DNA of 64,000 bases, taken from NCBI RefSeq assembly GCF_009914755.1, contig NC_060934.1; one strand, given 5' to 3'. The position numbers and the translations under genes are program-made. Position 1 is the stretch's first letter; every line of letters begins with the position of its first letter. This DNA comes from the human T2T-CHM13v2.0 reference genome, Homo sapiens. This document shows positions 11,194 through 25,101 of the stretch, in pieces. The notes beneath the pieces were generated by a model. The model saw nothing but the letters and a program-made list of their open reading frames with translations. It was not told the origin of the DNA and searched no databases.

Positions 11194-14100
11194 ATTTTTT
11201 AATGTAGTAGTTTTAAAAGGTGGAAAAAACAGGTATAAAAACAAGTTCTAATATGTTCTCACACCCTAATGGATCACCTTGTATCCCCCTTTAGGGCAGG
11301 CACCTCCTTTTGGAGATGACTGTATGAATGAGATGCTCAGAAGAAAGTCCCATCTGTGGTTTCAGGAGAACCATAATGCCCAAGAGAAGAGAAATGTGGA
11401 TACCAGCGTGGGGTCCAGGTCCAGTGACCACAGGCAGTGAGGGGTCAGCTGTGGGGCTGAGAGGATCAGGAGAGGTTCTATGGTGAGAGGGGCCTAGGGC
11501 TGCACCCAGAGGCACACAGGAAGATTGGCTGGCCACAGCAGGCCATAATCCAGGCAAGCAAGGATGTGTGCAGTGGGGAGGTAGGCCGGGACCCAGGTCT
11601 CAGAGGGCCTCAAATGCCAAGCCAAGGAATTGAGGCTTGATCTTGGAGGCAACCCAGAAGGAAGACAGCTTGTGTGGGGGCAGCACAAGCTCTGGAGTCA
11701 GACAGGGCCTGTGTTTCAGCCTGGCCTTGCCATGTACTAGCTGTGTGACCTCAGGTAAAGTAATGAGCCTCACTTTGTTCATTTGTTTAAAAAAACAAAT
11801 AGAAAAGAAAGAGAATGCATCCATCAGCTTATATTGCAGTAACAAGTTAGGCCCCACATAAAAGTTGATTTCTCACGTGGACGACTAGGCTAGCACAGGT
11901 GGACAGGGAAACCCTACCCCGTGTAGTGGCTGAGGAGCATGATCTGCAGGTCCCTCGGTCCCTGCAGCAGGGAAGAGGCAGCTGGAAGGCTAAGTACCAG
12001 CTCTTCTGTGCTTCATCCCAGAAGTGGCTCCGTGACTTCTACCCAATGACTATTGGCCAGAACTAGTTATGTGCCCCCACCTCACCACCAGCAGGCCAGG
12101 AAGCGTGGGGAAGGTGCCGAGTAGTTGTCTCTGCCACAGAGAAGGAGGCATGTACAGGGCGTGGCACAGCGCCCAGTACGTTAGCCGTTGTCATCATTCA
12201 GGAGCCGCAGCTCCTGACCAGGCCTGAGTCCAGCGAGTGCCACCAGATGTAAGGCCGGAACCCCTCAGGACTGCTCACCCCAACTGGTTGGGGGCAATGT
12301 AACCCTGACACCTCCGATTTTATCTCAGGCTGCCTTTGCTAGAAGCACTTTCTGAAATGTCTGCAGGAATGCCCAGGAGTATCTGGGTCCAACCCGCCTC
12401 TAGTGACCGCCCCCCACCCAGGCTCAGCCATTGGCACACCCGCTGCAGTCAGGGCACCCAACCCCACCAGGGACCATTCCCTGCTCTCCATGGCTGTTTT
12501 CCCAAGGGAGCTGGTCAGTGTCTCTGACAGTGCAGGCCTGGCCTCCTCTTCTCCAGGGCACAATAACTTGCAGAGACAGAGCCAATGAGGAGAGGCAGCC
12601 CAGGAGCCCAGGCCACCCAACCCTGAGGTCACCTTGGCCATTTTCCAGCCTCCAGATGGGGCGGCCCCCAAACCATCCCTCATGTGGCACCGGGCTCATT
12701 CCTCAATAAGAGGGAGGGATGAGTTGCTTTCGGCCCAGCCCTGCTCTCGTGTATCTCATGTTCTTCTCTGGAGGAATCCGGAGCTGGCCGGGTGAATGCA
12801 TTAGAGGACCAGTCTTGGATATAGGGGAGGCCCCATCATGATGGAGGATCAGGCCCAGGGACCCCCGTGTAGCATTTAGCCACATTGTCAACAGGAGCAA
12901 AAGAAGGACTGCAAAAGCAGTTAAACATTGCCTGAGTGTCCAGAGCCAGAAAAATCAGGGAACCACAAAGAGAAATCAGGCAACTGTTAAAGAAAAGATT
13001 TTTAGAAAAGTGTTGTTTCTTGCCAGTCCATTTCTGAGGAAAAAATACATCTGTTGGGATTTGTGTCTGGGTTGAAGGTGACTCTGGATTTGCTTGGTGT
13101 GGCAGGAAAATGTGTTCGTTGAGTAAATTCTCTGAAGGGAAGGGAGCCAGCAGAGCACTCAGAACCCTCTGTCCCAGGCTCTGTGGAGCCACGTGACTCT
13201 CACATGCCCACGATTAGTGTGAGGATCCCACTAAATCTAACTCCTGATTGCACTGAATGGTGCACGGGGGTGGGGCATGCTTAGTTTGGCTCACCAGTGT
13301 AATCCAGGCCCTCATGCTCTGCCTGGAACGTTGATGGCACTCTGGAAATGAGCATTGGTTGAGTTAATGCATGGTTAAATGCCCAAGTATCAGCGAGATG
13401 GCCCAGGGCTTTTTCCAAACCAGGTCTGGCTGAGTTTGTGTAGCAAGGATGACCTCAGAAATCCTCTGCGGGGCAGTCGAGGGAGCTGATGCAAAACAGA
13501 AAGGGAAGGAAGAAGCAGTGTAACCTCTCCATAGGAACTCTGTGGCAGTCTCTCCTAATGAGGATGCTAATCGAATTCACTGTCGCCACCAGATCGAAGA
13601 TTCTGCTCAGTCTCTCACTGAGTCTCAGACTCTGCTAGACCATTCACAACAACAAAGGTGCTTGAAAGCAGTCCTTTCTGTCTCCCAAGGACTCCATTCA
13701 CATTGTCAAGTCTCACTGAGTAATTTCTTTTCCTTTGCCTGGCTATAGAAAACCCACAGACACCAGGGAAGGAAAGGACAGGGTGGGCTGAAACCAGCAA
13801 CAACCCATTTGTACCTTGTGACAGTTGAGATGCAAATAGCTGGTTGTGATGCAAATCAGAAAAAAAAAAATCCAAAAGGCAGAAGCCCCAGAAGTCAGCC
13901 TTGGTGTTGGGAGCTCATCTCTGAGTTTCAAATTAAAGGTTGTGGCAGCCTCATTCCCCTGCACCTGGTGGCTGGGCGTTTTCTTGTGTCTTCCTTGGTG
14001 TTCTGGGGAGCCACGGTGAATCGGCAACTCACTCACCCACCTGGAGTCCTATAATGTATATATCCTTAAACCCCCTGTGCCGCCCTTGCCCCCAACATAT

Positions 14101-14839
14101 TCTTTGTATTTTCTCCACTTGGGTCAACTTTTCCTCTCCTGGCCTTGCCTGCAGCCCTCCCCTGCCTCACCTCATTAACATGCCTGGAAGCTGAGTCAGC
14201 CACTGGCAGTCCTGTTTTCCCTTCTGCATGGGGACAGTTTGTTGCGCGGGTTGGAATTTTCTGTTCAGTTGTCCTAGAAAACGTTCCTCCACTTAGGCGC
14301 CAGTGGATTACCTCTGTGTGGCATCCCCCTCCGAAGAGTCAGACTAGCAGAAGGGGGCGGGGGACGGAGGCAGGGTGGCTCGGAGACCATCCACACCTCT
14401 GGGTGCCTTACAAATCCCAGCAAGGGGTATTGTTCTTAAATAGTTGTTTCATTATGCACGACCCCTCCCCGCTGACCCAGATAGCTGAAAACTGACAGTT
14501 CCTCTCATCCGCTGTCAGGAGAAATACCATTTGCGGATGTCCTGCCTTCCTTCTCCAGAGCTGGGAGCATTTGATCCACTTTCCTCTGCCTCACTCCTGA
14601 CCCCCAGCTTCTCAGAACACACTTGCTGCTGTCCTTGAGAATATTTTGTGCAGAGGAGAGGGATCGGGGTAGGGATTGGGACACCACTCTCTTCCCCACC
14701 CCAGAGAGGCCTCAGCTGCCAGATTCTGGCTGCTTCTGGGAATTGGAATATTTCAGAAAGGCCTTCGGGCCTCATTAATTTGCCGAACCCCTGGCCTTCC
14801 TGAGGGACTATGCTGAAACTTACGCAGGTTGGGGGTTAG

Positions 14840-15260
14840 TTATTAATTCAAGCAACAAGTGTTATGTGCACCAACTATGTGCCTGCCACTGTGCTAGGTC
14901 CTGGGGGGATTGAGCTGAAGATGTAGCCTCTGCCCTCCCAGAGCTTATATTTCCTTCCAGTGGGGAGACAGAATTGCAGTAGAAATGGATGTTCAGAACT
15001 CTATAAACAGGGTGAGTGAGTGACAGGGTGGGATAGGGTGATTCCTGACTGTGGTCCCAGAAAGCCTTCAGAAAGGTGCTGTTGGAGCTGAGGTTAAGTG
15101 GCATGGAAGGTGCAGCCATGCAGAGCTGTGGAGGCAAAACATTTCTGGCAGCAGACGCTCCCCTACAAGGGCAGAGATCCCCAAAAGGGAAATGGCCTGG
15201 CATTTTCAAGGAGCAGAAAAGAGGCTCTTGTGGATGTCCAGGACAGAGCTCAAGAGGATG
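14840..15260. mobile_element. L2 LINE 3' fragment
   Basis: attcaa...tgcaccaactatgtgcc...cactgtgctagg...gagcttatattt..cagtgggg L2-end pattern. Confidence 0.55.
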
Positions 15261-16341
15261 GAGGTGTCAGGAGGCCAGGCTGCAGCCTCATCGGGGGCAG
15301 GCAGGGCTTTGTCAGGCACAGGAAGGCGTTTTTCTGTTACTGGGAGCCCCAGGAAGCCAGGGAGCTGATGTGGTCTGAGTCGCCTTTCTCAAGGAGCCCT
15401 CTGATGGCTGTGTTGAAATGTGCAGGGTGGAAGCAGTGAAAAGGAGTGAAGTCTCCCACACGGGAGACACTCCCCACTCCCGTGACCATGCATTCCAGTG
15501 TCTGACGGTTTAGCAGTTTAGCCATTTTCCTCTTAAGGTGTTTTCAGAAAGCTGGAGAACCCCCAGTTCCATGATCATAGAACCCTAAAAGTCCAATAGA
15601 AACTGCTCTTAGGAACTCTTCCCAGGACACTGAGTTGGCCCCTTCAGCCTTTATGACAGAGGCTCTGTGATTTCAAATCAGCCCAGGATTTTGAACTCTG
15701 ACCTCAGCCTTCCACTACCACACCTACCCCAACTGCCCTGAGAAGGTGGCAGAGAGAGCGCCCAAGCCAGGTTCTCAGCCCAGTTCTTCTTCCGCATTCA
15801 GGTGCGATTCCAGGCAAGACTCGTCCTCCCGCTGTGCCTCAGTGTCTGCCTCTGGAAAACAATGAGTTGGGCCAGTCAGTCTTTAAGACTCTACAAATCC
15901 TAATGTTCTCTTCATCCAAGAGGACACGGGTAGGAAGGGGAAGGTGCCGCCCGGGCCTTCCCCCTGCCCACTGACCCTGCAGCCAGCTCATCCTCCTTTC
16001 CCTGAGCCGGCTCCACGGACTCGGTTCCGGCAAACCCAGCTCCCACTTCAAGCAGAGGGACTTGGGCGCCTCTCTGGGCCTCATCTCTGTCCCCAACCCC
16101 AGCCTGCCTTGTATTTGTGTATTCAAAACCCCCTGCAGCATCCCTTTTCAGGGAAGGACGAGAGAGGCAGCTGGAGTTGTTAGAAATAAAATTAACCAGC
16201 CAGACAGCCTGGGTCTGCCACTTGGTTTTCGTACTTTTGATCTGTGTGACCTTGGGGACTTATTTATCCTCTGATGCCATTTTCTCATCTGCAAAGTAGA
16301 GACAATAGCCACTGTACCTCACAGAGCATCTATCAGGATTA

Positions 16342-16572
<231 letters not shown>

Positions 16573-16577
16573 TTAGC

Positions 16578-16610
<33 letters not shown>

Positions 16611-19210
16611 CCCCTGTCCTTTCTATAGAGGAAGAAGTCAAGGCTCAGAGGAGTTAAGCGGCTTGCCTAAGGTCACACAGCTAGTTGGTCTCAGAACTTG
16701 GTCTTGAACTCTCAACCTTGCACTTCTTGCATGTGTTGCAGGGCTCCCCATTTGCAAACATGGCTTCCTGTTCTCTCTCATCTCAGTTTTCCAAACTCTG
16801 ATAATTTTTACTTCCCAGTGTCTGCTGAGAAGATGAGCTTGAGTGACAGCATTAGACAAGAGTGGGCACATCCGACTACAGCTGTCCAATATGGGGAAAA
16901 CGGCTCTGAATAGGGCCTTAAAGAAGTGAGAGCCCCCCGTGAATGGGGATAGAAAGTCAGCCTCTGCTGGCATGAGACGCACCCCCACTGGGGGCCGCTT
17001 GGGACCCGAGGGTTGAGAATTCAGTCACAGGGCTCAAATCCACTGGGCGACCTCCCAAAGGTTTGGTCCCACCGAGCGGAGGGGCCTGCACTGCAGAGTG
17101 AACGGGGACACATCTGGCAGGAACTGATTCCCGTTTCAGGCAGGAGATGACATGGTTCATTTATTTGAGGGGCATAGAAAAAAAAAACGGAAAGAATTAC
17201 CCACCTCCCCATGGAGAAAACATCACCAAATAAATTAAAAAAAAAAAAAAAAAAAAAAACAAATGACAAGGAGAAAAGGCCATATTCCTGAATGCTGGGG
17301 GGCGGGTGGGGGTAGGCAGTGATGGGGTGGAGGTGAGAAGGGGAGACTGTTCTTGTTCTCCTGCTCATCTCAGTCTTTATTTTTATCCGTCACCCTCATT
17401 TTCCATTCCACATGTGTTCCAGGCCTGTCAGGCAGCATCAGCCCACAACCTTGTATTTATTTAAATTTATTTTCACATTTGGTCCTGTTAGGCAGTTTGT
17501 CTGGGCTGCAGTGCCTCCAGGCCCTCCCCACGCAGCTCTGCAAAGGTTGCGTTCCTGGCTGCAGGCTTCTCCTGCGGGCCTCTTCGGCTTCCTTTCAGTC
17601 TTCCTTTCAGTCCAGGAGTTCTCAGCCCATCTGGGGAAGGGGGGCCACGGACCACCCAAGGCATCCATGGCCCTGGGTGGAGAAAAATCTGCATCTTTCT
17701 TTTCACCAGCTTCTAAGTGAGCCGCAGCATTCTTTTAATTACAAATACAGAAAAAACCACAGTGGTATTAGCATTACCTGTGGCTTTGACCCCAAGAGAC
17801 ATCTCAGATATTTTCATATCACGTTACAGGTGTCACAGAAATCTCAAAATACCATTTACGCTCATCACTGCTCTGAAATTACAGCATGTATGAGACTGAC
17901 TGCTAAGTCTCCTTGTTTAATGCATCCTGAAGCGCATACAGGATTATAACAACCTTTTAGAATACTTTGGTAACTGTATTTCAAAATAATTAGTTGGCTC
18001 TGTGGTTCCTTGTATTTTAGTGTGTGGAAAATAAAAATTCTTCTGAGAAGGGGGTGCCTGGGCTTCACCAGACTCTCAGAAGGGTCGTGGCACAAAAAGA
18101 TGAACACCTCACCCTTAGTCCCTGTACTGCGCTAACCCTAGCTCCCCGCTCGGGCCTTTACTGCAAGGCTGACGTCTGCTGGTTCTTAGAGCTGGCATCC
18201 TTAGCCTTAGCCGTACACCGTGTGGGGATGGACAGGGTGGGAGCAGGGAGGAGACAAGACCCGTGGCTCCATGTCACGTGTTCAGCTGAGGGTCCCTTTT
18301 CCAGCTCTGGACCACACTGTTCAACTGAGCCCCAGAAATGTACACCCCAGCATCTGCTCAGTGGGAGAGACCCAGTCAATGCACATTCTTGCCACCCCAG
18401 AGAGTGGGTGCAGCTGCCCTCAACTCTCCCCACCTGCTGGTGTGACCTAGGGCATGGACCTCTGTTTTTCTGTCTCCTAAGCAACTTGAATTAAGAACCA
18501 AACTCTAGAAGCAGTGAAGAGAGGTGAGGGAAAGAAGGGGGCAGGCTGCCAGCATCCCGTGGGGCAGATGTAGGGTTCGTACTCTCGGATGTACAATTGT
18601 CCTATTTTCCAGACCCTTCTTTCTCCTCCATGAAGGTGGTAACTGGGATCTGGCTAGAAAAAGGAAATGGATGGATTGCCTCCAACATTCTGTACCTCTC
18701 ACCAGCTTGTGATTTCATCAATGAAGTAAAGCAGAGAGGGGTTAGAGGGCCCTTGTCCAGGGAGCAATCAAGGCAAGGCATGCAGAGAAGTGGGGGTCTT
18801 CATTGCCTCGCCCCATGCCGGAAGCCAGGGAGCCCATCCTGGATGTTCTTATTTTGAAAAGGTTCTCTGGTGACTCTGACCTCGCAGCAAGGGTTGAGCA
18901 TCTACACAAAACAGTGTCCACACAGCTGGTACCTGGGATTCCTGGGGCCCCGGTGAGCACCTCTCCGCATCTCTGTTTCCCCATCCTCTGCCCTGGCTGT
19001 AGGCAGGGGTCTGTTTGCAAGGCCTCGGTTGTCTCACAGCTTCAGCTCACATTTCTAGGGTTCCTCCCCCAAGATTTAGTCTCTCCAGGAAAATATTTGT
19101 TGACTTCAAAGCAAAGCCACTCTGGAAGAGAAGCTAGAGGGAGCGGACAGCCCAGACTGTGCGTTTTCCCATTAATTTCTCCCCAGTTGCCTTCAGTGAG
19201 GCCCTTATTG

Positions 19211-19236
19211 TGATGATGATGATGATGATGATGAAG
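19211..19236. repeat. (GAT)n microsatellite
   Basis: Direct reading. Confidence 0.9.
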
Positions 19237-20341
19237 ATTTTTCTGTCCATGGCCGCATCCTATGGCGTGCTTCCTCCCAGCGTGCTAAGCTCCAGCCTCC
19301 CTGGGGACCAGAGGGTGGCCTCTGCCATGAGTCAGACACCTCCTAATTTAGTCTCTTTGTAAATCTAATTAGCATGCTATTTACGCCAAGCCCTGTACCC
19401 CTGGCAGGGGGTGTGAGGCAGGGCCTGTGTGGCAGCCGCAGTACCAGTGCCCACCCCTCACCTCCTCCACACGCCGGTTCCCGCAGCTCCCAGCCTGGAG
19501 TCCCGTCTAACAGCTGGAGTTCATCTTTCATGTTGGATTTGGGAAATTGTTCCCCTCTCACCTGCCTCCCTGGCAGGCTCCTTCCCCACACCCACGGCCA
19601 CCCACACTCCTGAGCAGGGCTGGCACCATGGGAAGTAGTGAGAATCATTTTACCCATGGAGTCATGCTCCCTCAAAGCAGTGGCGGGGCTTCCTGAAGAC
19701 CCCAATGGGAATCAGAAGCAGAGCTGGCAAACTTTCTTCTCCATGCCTCTTCCTCTCCCCAGCGCCTCTTGGCTGGCTTGTACCCTCCCTGGTGCCCCTT
19801 CGTTGTGGGTGCCAGTGAACCCAGTTCACCCTGGAACCTCCCATACTCCCCCTGCCTGCCCCATTGGCCACCCCACCTCATACCCCTAACAGTGACAGGT
19901 GTGTCTTGTTTTCCCCCTGTCTTGAACAAGGCTGCAGTAAGCACAGCTCGGCTGGGAGTTGTGCCTGTGTGTCTCACCCCATCGCCATCATGGGCCGTGA
20001 AATGTCCTAATCAACAAGTAAGAGGAACTGCAGAGTCCTGCTGGGCAGCTGTGGCAACAGTGGGCCACCAGGAACGCAGAAGCCTCCTTCCCAGCCCATG
20101 CTGGGCTCTGCTTGCCCAGGCGCCTACTAACTCTGTCCCCCGAAAGGGGAGAATAGTGCAGGGATGGGGCTGGGCACAGGGCAGAGGGAGAGGCAAGGCA
20201 TTTCATGGCAAAGCAAAGTGTCACAGTTGTGCTCTCACTCTGTCCATGCAGGCTTAGGGCAGACCCTCCCTTCCTCTCCAGGCCTCAGTTTCTCCGTCTG
20301 TTAAAAAGGAATTCATATCAAAGTAATTGAGAGTGAGATAA

Positions 20342-20633
20342 TTTTTTTTTTTGAGACAGAGTCTTGCTCTGTCGCCCATGCTGGAGTGCAGTGGCGCAAT
20401 CTTGGCTCACTGCAACCTCCACCTCCCAGTTCAAGTGATTCTCCTGCCTCAGCCTCCTGAGTAGTTGGGATTACAGGCACCTATTACCACGCCCAGCTAA
20501 TTTTTGTATGTTTAGTAGCGATGAGGTTTCACCATGTCTACCAGGCTGGTCTTGAACTCCTGACCTCAAGTGATCCTCCTGCCTCATCCTCCCAAAGTGC
20601 TGAGATTACAGGTGTGAACCACCACATCCGGCC
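20342..20633 (-). mobile_element. Alu SINE with TSD tgagataa
   Basis: Antisense Alu consensus. Confidence 0.95.
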
Positions 20634-20939
20634 TGAGATAAAATTTTCAGCATCGAAGTTGTCACAGGTTTACATCCCAGGTTGCAAGGTGCAGAGCACG
20701 TTTTCCCCTCCCTGGTTCTGACTAGTGCTAGCATCAACACACGGATGATATCTTTGCTCTTTTCACATGGGCAAAACGAGGCTCAGAGAGGAAATGTTTT
20801 AGGGAAGGTCACAGAGCGTGGGAAGAGAGGCCTGGTGGCTAGCGAAGCACACAGGTAGCAGGCGCCCACGGGCCTCTGGCAGGAACAAGGAAGAGATGCC
20901 CTGAGGGATGTGCACGTTGAGTGGGAGGCGGGATTGGCT

Positions 20940-21415
20940 CATTCCTTCATTCATTCAACAAATATTTGTTGAACACCTACTGAGTGTCAGATGTGATTCT
21001 AGCATCGATTCACAAAGTTCAGCCCTTGGGCAGCTAAGGTTCCAAGGATGGAAGACCAAAGAAACAAACAGATGCAAATGATGTCAGGTGGTGAGAAGAG
21101 CCACGGAGAAAAAGAAAGCCAGGGAAGGGGATTAAGGGAATCCTGGGAGGGGCAGAACCATCAGAGGAGGCCTTGACAGGCCTGGGTGAAGTGAGAGGGC
21201 CCAGGCTCTGTGGATATCTGGCAGAAGAACGTTCAGGCAGAGGGAAGGGCAGGTGCAGTGGCTCTGCAGAAGGAGGCTCAGGGGCTGGGAGGGGAGGTCA
21301 GAGAGGCCCAGGGCTGTGGTCAGGACTTGGCTCTCACAGGAATGAGATGGCAAGCCGCCTAAGGGAAGCAGGCAGGCAGTGATGTGACAGGAGTGAAGTT
21401 TCGGGAGGAGGTGCA
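20940..21415. mobile_element. L2 LINE 3' fragment
   Basis: cattcattcaacaaatatttgttgaacacctact L2 tail. Confidence 0.65.
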
Positions 21416-21419
21416 GTGG

Positions 21420-21845
21420 AAGACACCCAACTTCTGTACATCCGCTGCCGAATGGAGAAACTGAATGTGATGCCTTCATGCGGTGGGCCATTATTCAGCC
21501 ATTGCAGGAGTGAATGAAGCACTGAGCTGCTACAGCAGGCATAGCCCTGGGAAACACAAAAGGCCACTTGGTGGATGATTTCACGTGTGGGAAACATCCA
21601 GAAGAGGCAAATCCACAGACACGGGAAGCAGATTAGTGGTTGCCAAGGGTTGGGGGAGAGAAATGGGGAGTGATGCTTAATGGGCACAAAGCTTCATTTG
21701 TGGGGGACACAAAAATGTTTTGGAGCTAGATAGAGGGAGTAGTGGTTGTACAACCCAGTGAATGTAGGAAAAATGCTGAATTGTTCGCTCTCAAATGGTT
21801 AAAATGATGACCTTTATGTTATATGAATTGTATCTCCATTTTTTA
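21420..21845 (+). mobile_element. Old L1 (L1M-type) 3' UTR fragment
   Basis: tattcagccatt...ggcaaatccacagacac.gaagcagattagtggttgcc...aatggttaaaatg...tatgttatatgaatt. Confidence 0.75.
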
Positions 21846-21846
21846 A

Positions 21847-22157
<311 letters not shown>

Positions 22158-22787
22158 TAAAAATTTTTTTAAAGGATGCTGTGTCTGCCAGGGGTGGGGG
22201 TGGGTGAATTGACCCTGAGGGGCAGGGGCCTTTCCTAGGAGTGACTGCCGTCATTCAGATGGGGCCTGTGGAGGGTGAGGAGCGGTCAGCCGCTGGATCT
22301 GTTTTGAAGGGAGAGTCAATGGGATTTGCCAATATGGGGAGGGGAGGAAGGGAGTTAAGAGTGACTGCACAAGGTTTTTGGCCTGAGCAGTTAGAAAAAT
22401 GGAGTTCTTACTTCCTGATACGGTAAAGCAGTCGATTCAGTGAGGGCATGATGGAATCCGTAGGTTAGCTTCCAGCGTGTTACGTTTGACATGCTTGTTA
22501 GACACCCAGATGGAGACGCCAAGAAGGCACATGGGCTGTGCTGGTAGATACCTAGCGAGCAGCTCCAGGGCCTCGGTGAGGGGCTGCCTCATAGCATTTA
22601 GTAATCTCTGTGGTGTCAATGCTCCTCGATGGCCGATCTCAAGCTACTGGCGTGGCCTCAGCTGGCTCTCCCAGATTCTAGAAATCCAACCATTGGCTCT
22701 CAGGAGCCTCTAGAACCCCATCTACCACCATGTGGATCCAGGCTGGAGGCGGGAATGAAAGTGTTGCCAACACCCAGATTGTATTTA

Positions 22788-23103
<316 letters not shown>

Positions 23104-23689
23104 GCCACCGCTCTAGCTGGGTTCACTTGGGAAAGGGATGTGGATAGAGCAGAAAGGAGACTGGGGACTGGGCAGCCCCAGGACACCCTGATGCTTCACT
23201 TTAGGGGAGATGAGGATGACTGAGGAGCCACCCCCAAGGGAAGGGGAAGAGGAGCAAGAGGGAGCACTGATGACAGGAGGAAGATTGAGGCGAAGGAGGG
23301 AGTGGAGTGTGCAGGAACAGAGGCAGGACTCAGAAGACTTGGAGGCAGCCCTAATGTCTTTCAGTAGTGGCAAATTAACACGCATATCTTAGTCCATTTC
23401 TGTTTTTGGCATGATGCCTTGTTGTGATAGCCCTCATTAGGGAATGTCCAAACCTGCTAGCATTTACAGAGCAGGTCTACCAGGATTTGTTTTTCTTTTC
23501 TTAATCCTCTTGGCCCTTTTCTCTCTCCTGCCTCCAGAGCCCTCCTCTTGCACACCAGGGGGCCACCCTTCTAAGAGGGATGCCAGAGGTCCCCTCCCTA
23601 GCTCTGCAGATCACTCAGATATGCTAAATAGTCCTACAGGGACAGACTGTGCTTAAATAAATAGATCACCAAAGGGAATTGAGAATCAG

Positions 23690-23990
23690 AGGAATCTCAA
23701 AGGCATTGTGCTGAAAGAAGCCACTCGCTATTGCCCTGTGCTGCATAATTCCATGACATTCTCAAAAAAGACAAACTTATAGGAACAGAGAACAGGTCAG
23801 AGGTGGCTGAGGGTGGGAGAGGAGTCCCTGTAAAGAGACGGGACAAAGAAGTGCTGGGGGCAGTGGGACTGTTCTGTATCCTGGTTGGAGGGGATAGGTA
23901 ACAAGAATCTTTGCATGTGTTAAAATTCATAGAACTATATACCAAAAAAAGTCAACTTTACAACATGTTAATTAAGAAAATAAACTATAA
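23690..23990 (+). mobile_element. Old L1 (L1M-type) 3' fragment
   Basis: aatctcaaaggcattgtgctga...ataattccatgacattc...aaaattcatagaact. Confidence 0.65.
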
Positions 23991-24666
23991 ATTATGGAAT
24001 ACCCCCACACCCATCCCCCAAAAAGGATGAAGTGAGAGGCACCAGCATGAGCAGCAGCACTGGTGGGCTTCTAGACTAAGATAGCCCCATCCTTCTCTCC
24101 ACCGTCATTAAATCAGCAAGTGCGTAATTTGCACCCTCCTATACAGCTAGAAAGGCCAGTTAGAGGGCCTTGAACACCGCTGTGAGATTCAATCTAATTC
24201 AGCAGGCAATTGGGAGCCATAGATGGTCCTTGAGCATAAGTGATGTACTCAGAGCTATGCTTTAGGTTGATTAATCTAGACACATGGAGAATGGGGGTGG
24301 TACCAGTGGGCAATGACAGAGAGCACCGGTGGGTGGGGACTGGACGAGGGGTCAGGACTGCTTAGATGTGGGGTCTATAGGAAAGGCAGAGGTTGAGATG
24401 AGGCTGCAGTTTAGAGTTCCAGCAATGGGAGTGACAGAAGCTCAAAAGGGCAGGCTGGGGGAGGGGCTAGATGGAGAAAAAGATGGGAGCTGCCACCATC
24501 TGCCACCACCCTGCTGTGCAGCGGCCAAGTTCCATCTTTACCTCAGTATAGCTCCTCACCTGAACACCCTCCACCACCTTTGCATGCCCTCTCTTTCCCT
24601 CTGTTAATCTGTCTTTGAATCTGATCCTCTCTCCCTGTCTCTCTGTCTCTCACCTGCCTTCCCACG

Positions 24667-25101
24667 TGTCTTAGTCCATTTTGTGTTGCTTATAACAGAA
24701 TAACTGAAACTGAGTAACTTAAGAAACAAAATTTATTTCTTACAGCTATGGAGGCTGAGAAGTCCAAGGTCAGGGGGCTGCATCTGGTGAGGGCCCTCTT
24801 GCTGGTGGGGGCTCTCTGCAGAGTCACGGGGTGGTGCAGGGCATCTCGCATGATGAGATTGCTACGTGTGCTCATGCAGTAGCTCAGGTCTCTCTTCCTC
24901 TTATAAAGCCTCTAGTCCCCCTCCCAGGATAACCCATTAATCCATTAACCCATTAATCCACTAATCCATGAATGGATTAGTCCATTCATGGGTGCAGAGC
25001 CCTCACGATCCAATCACCTCTTAAAGGCCCCACCTCTCAATACTGCCACTGAGGATTAAATTTCAACGTGAATTTTGGAGGGGGACATTCAAACCCTAGC
25101 A
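24667..25101 (-). mobile_element. MaLR solo LTR (MST/MLT1A class)
   Basis: tgtcttagtccattttgtgttgct...ggaggctgagaagtccaaggtc...ccaatcacctcttaaaggccccacc...caaaccctagca; TG..CA ends. Confidence 0.85.

Noticed and set aside
17229-17259. AATAAA immediately followed by an A23 run, suggesting a retrocopy tail or polyA site
   Set aside because: Only 2 nt of spacing, no TSD or recognisable parent; most likely a simple A-tract and an internal-priming risk.
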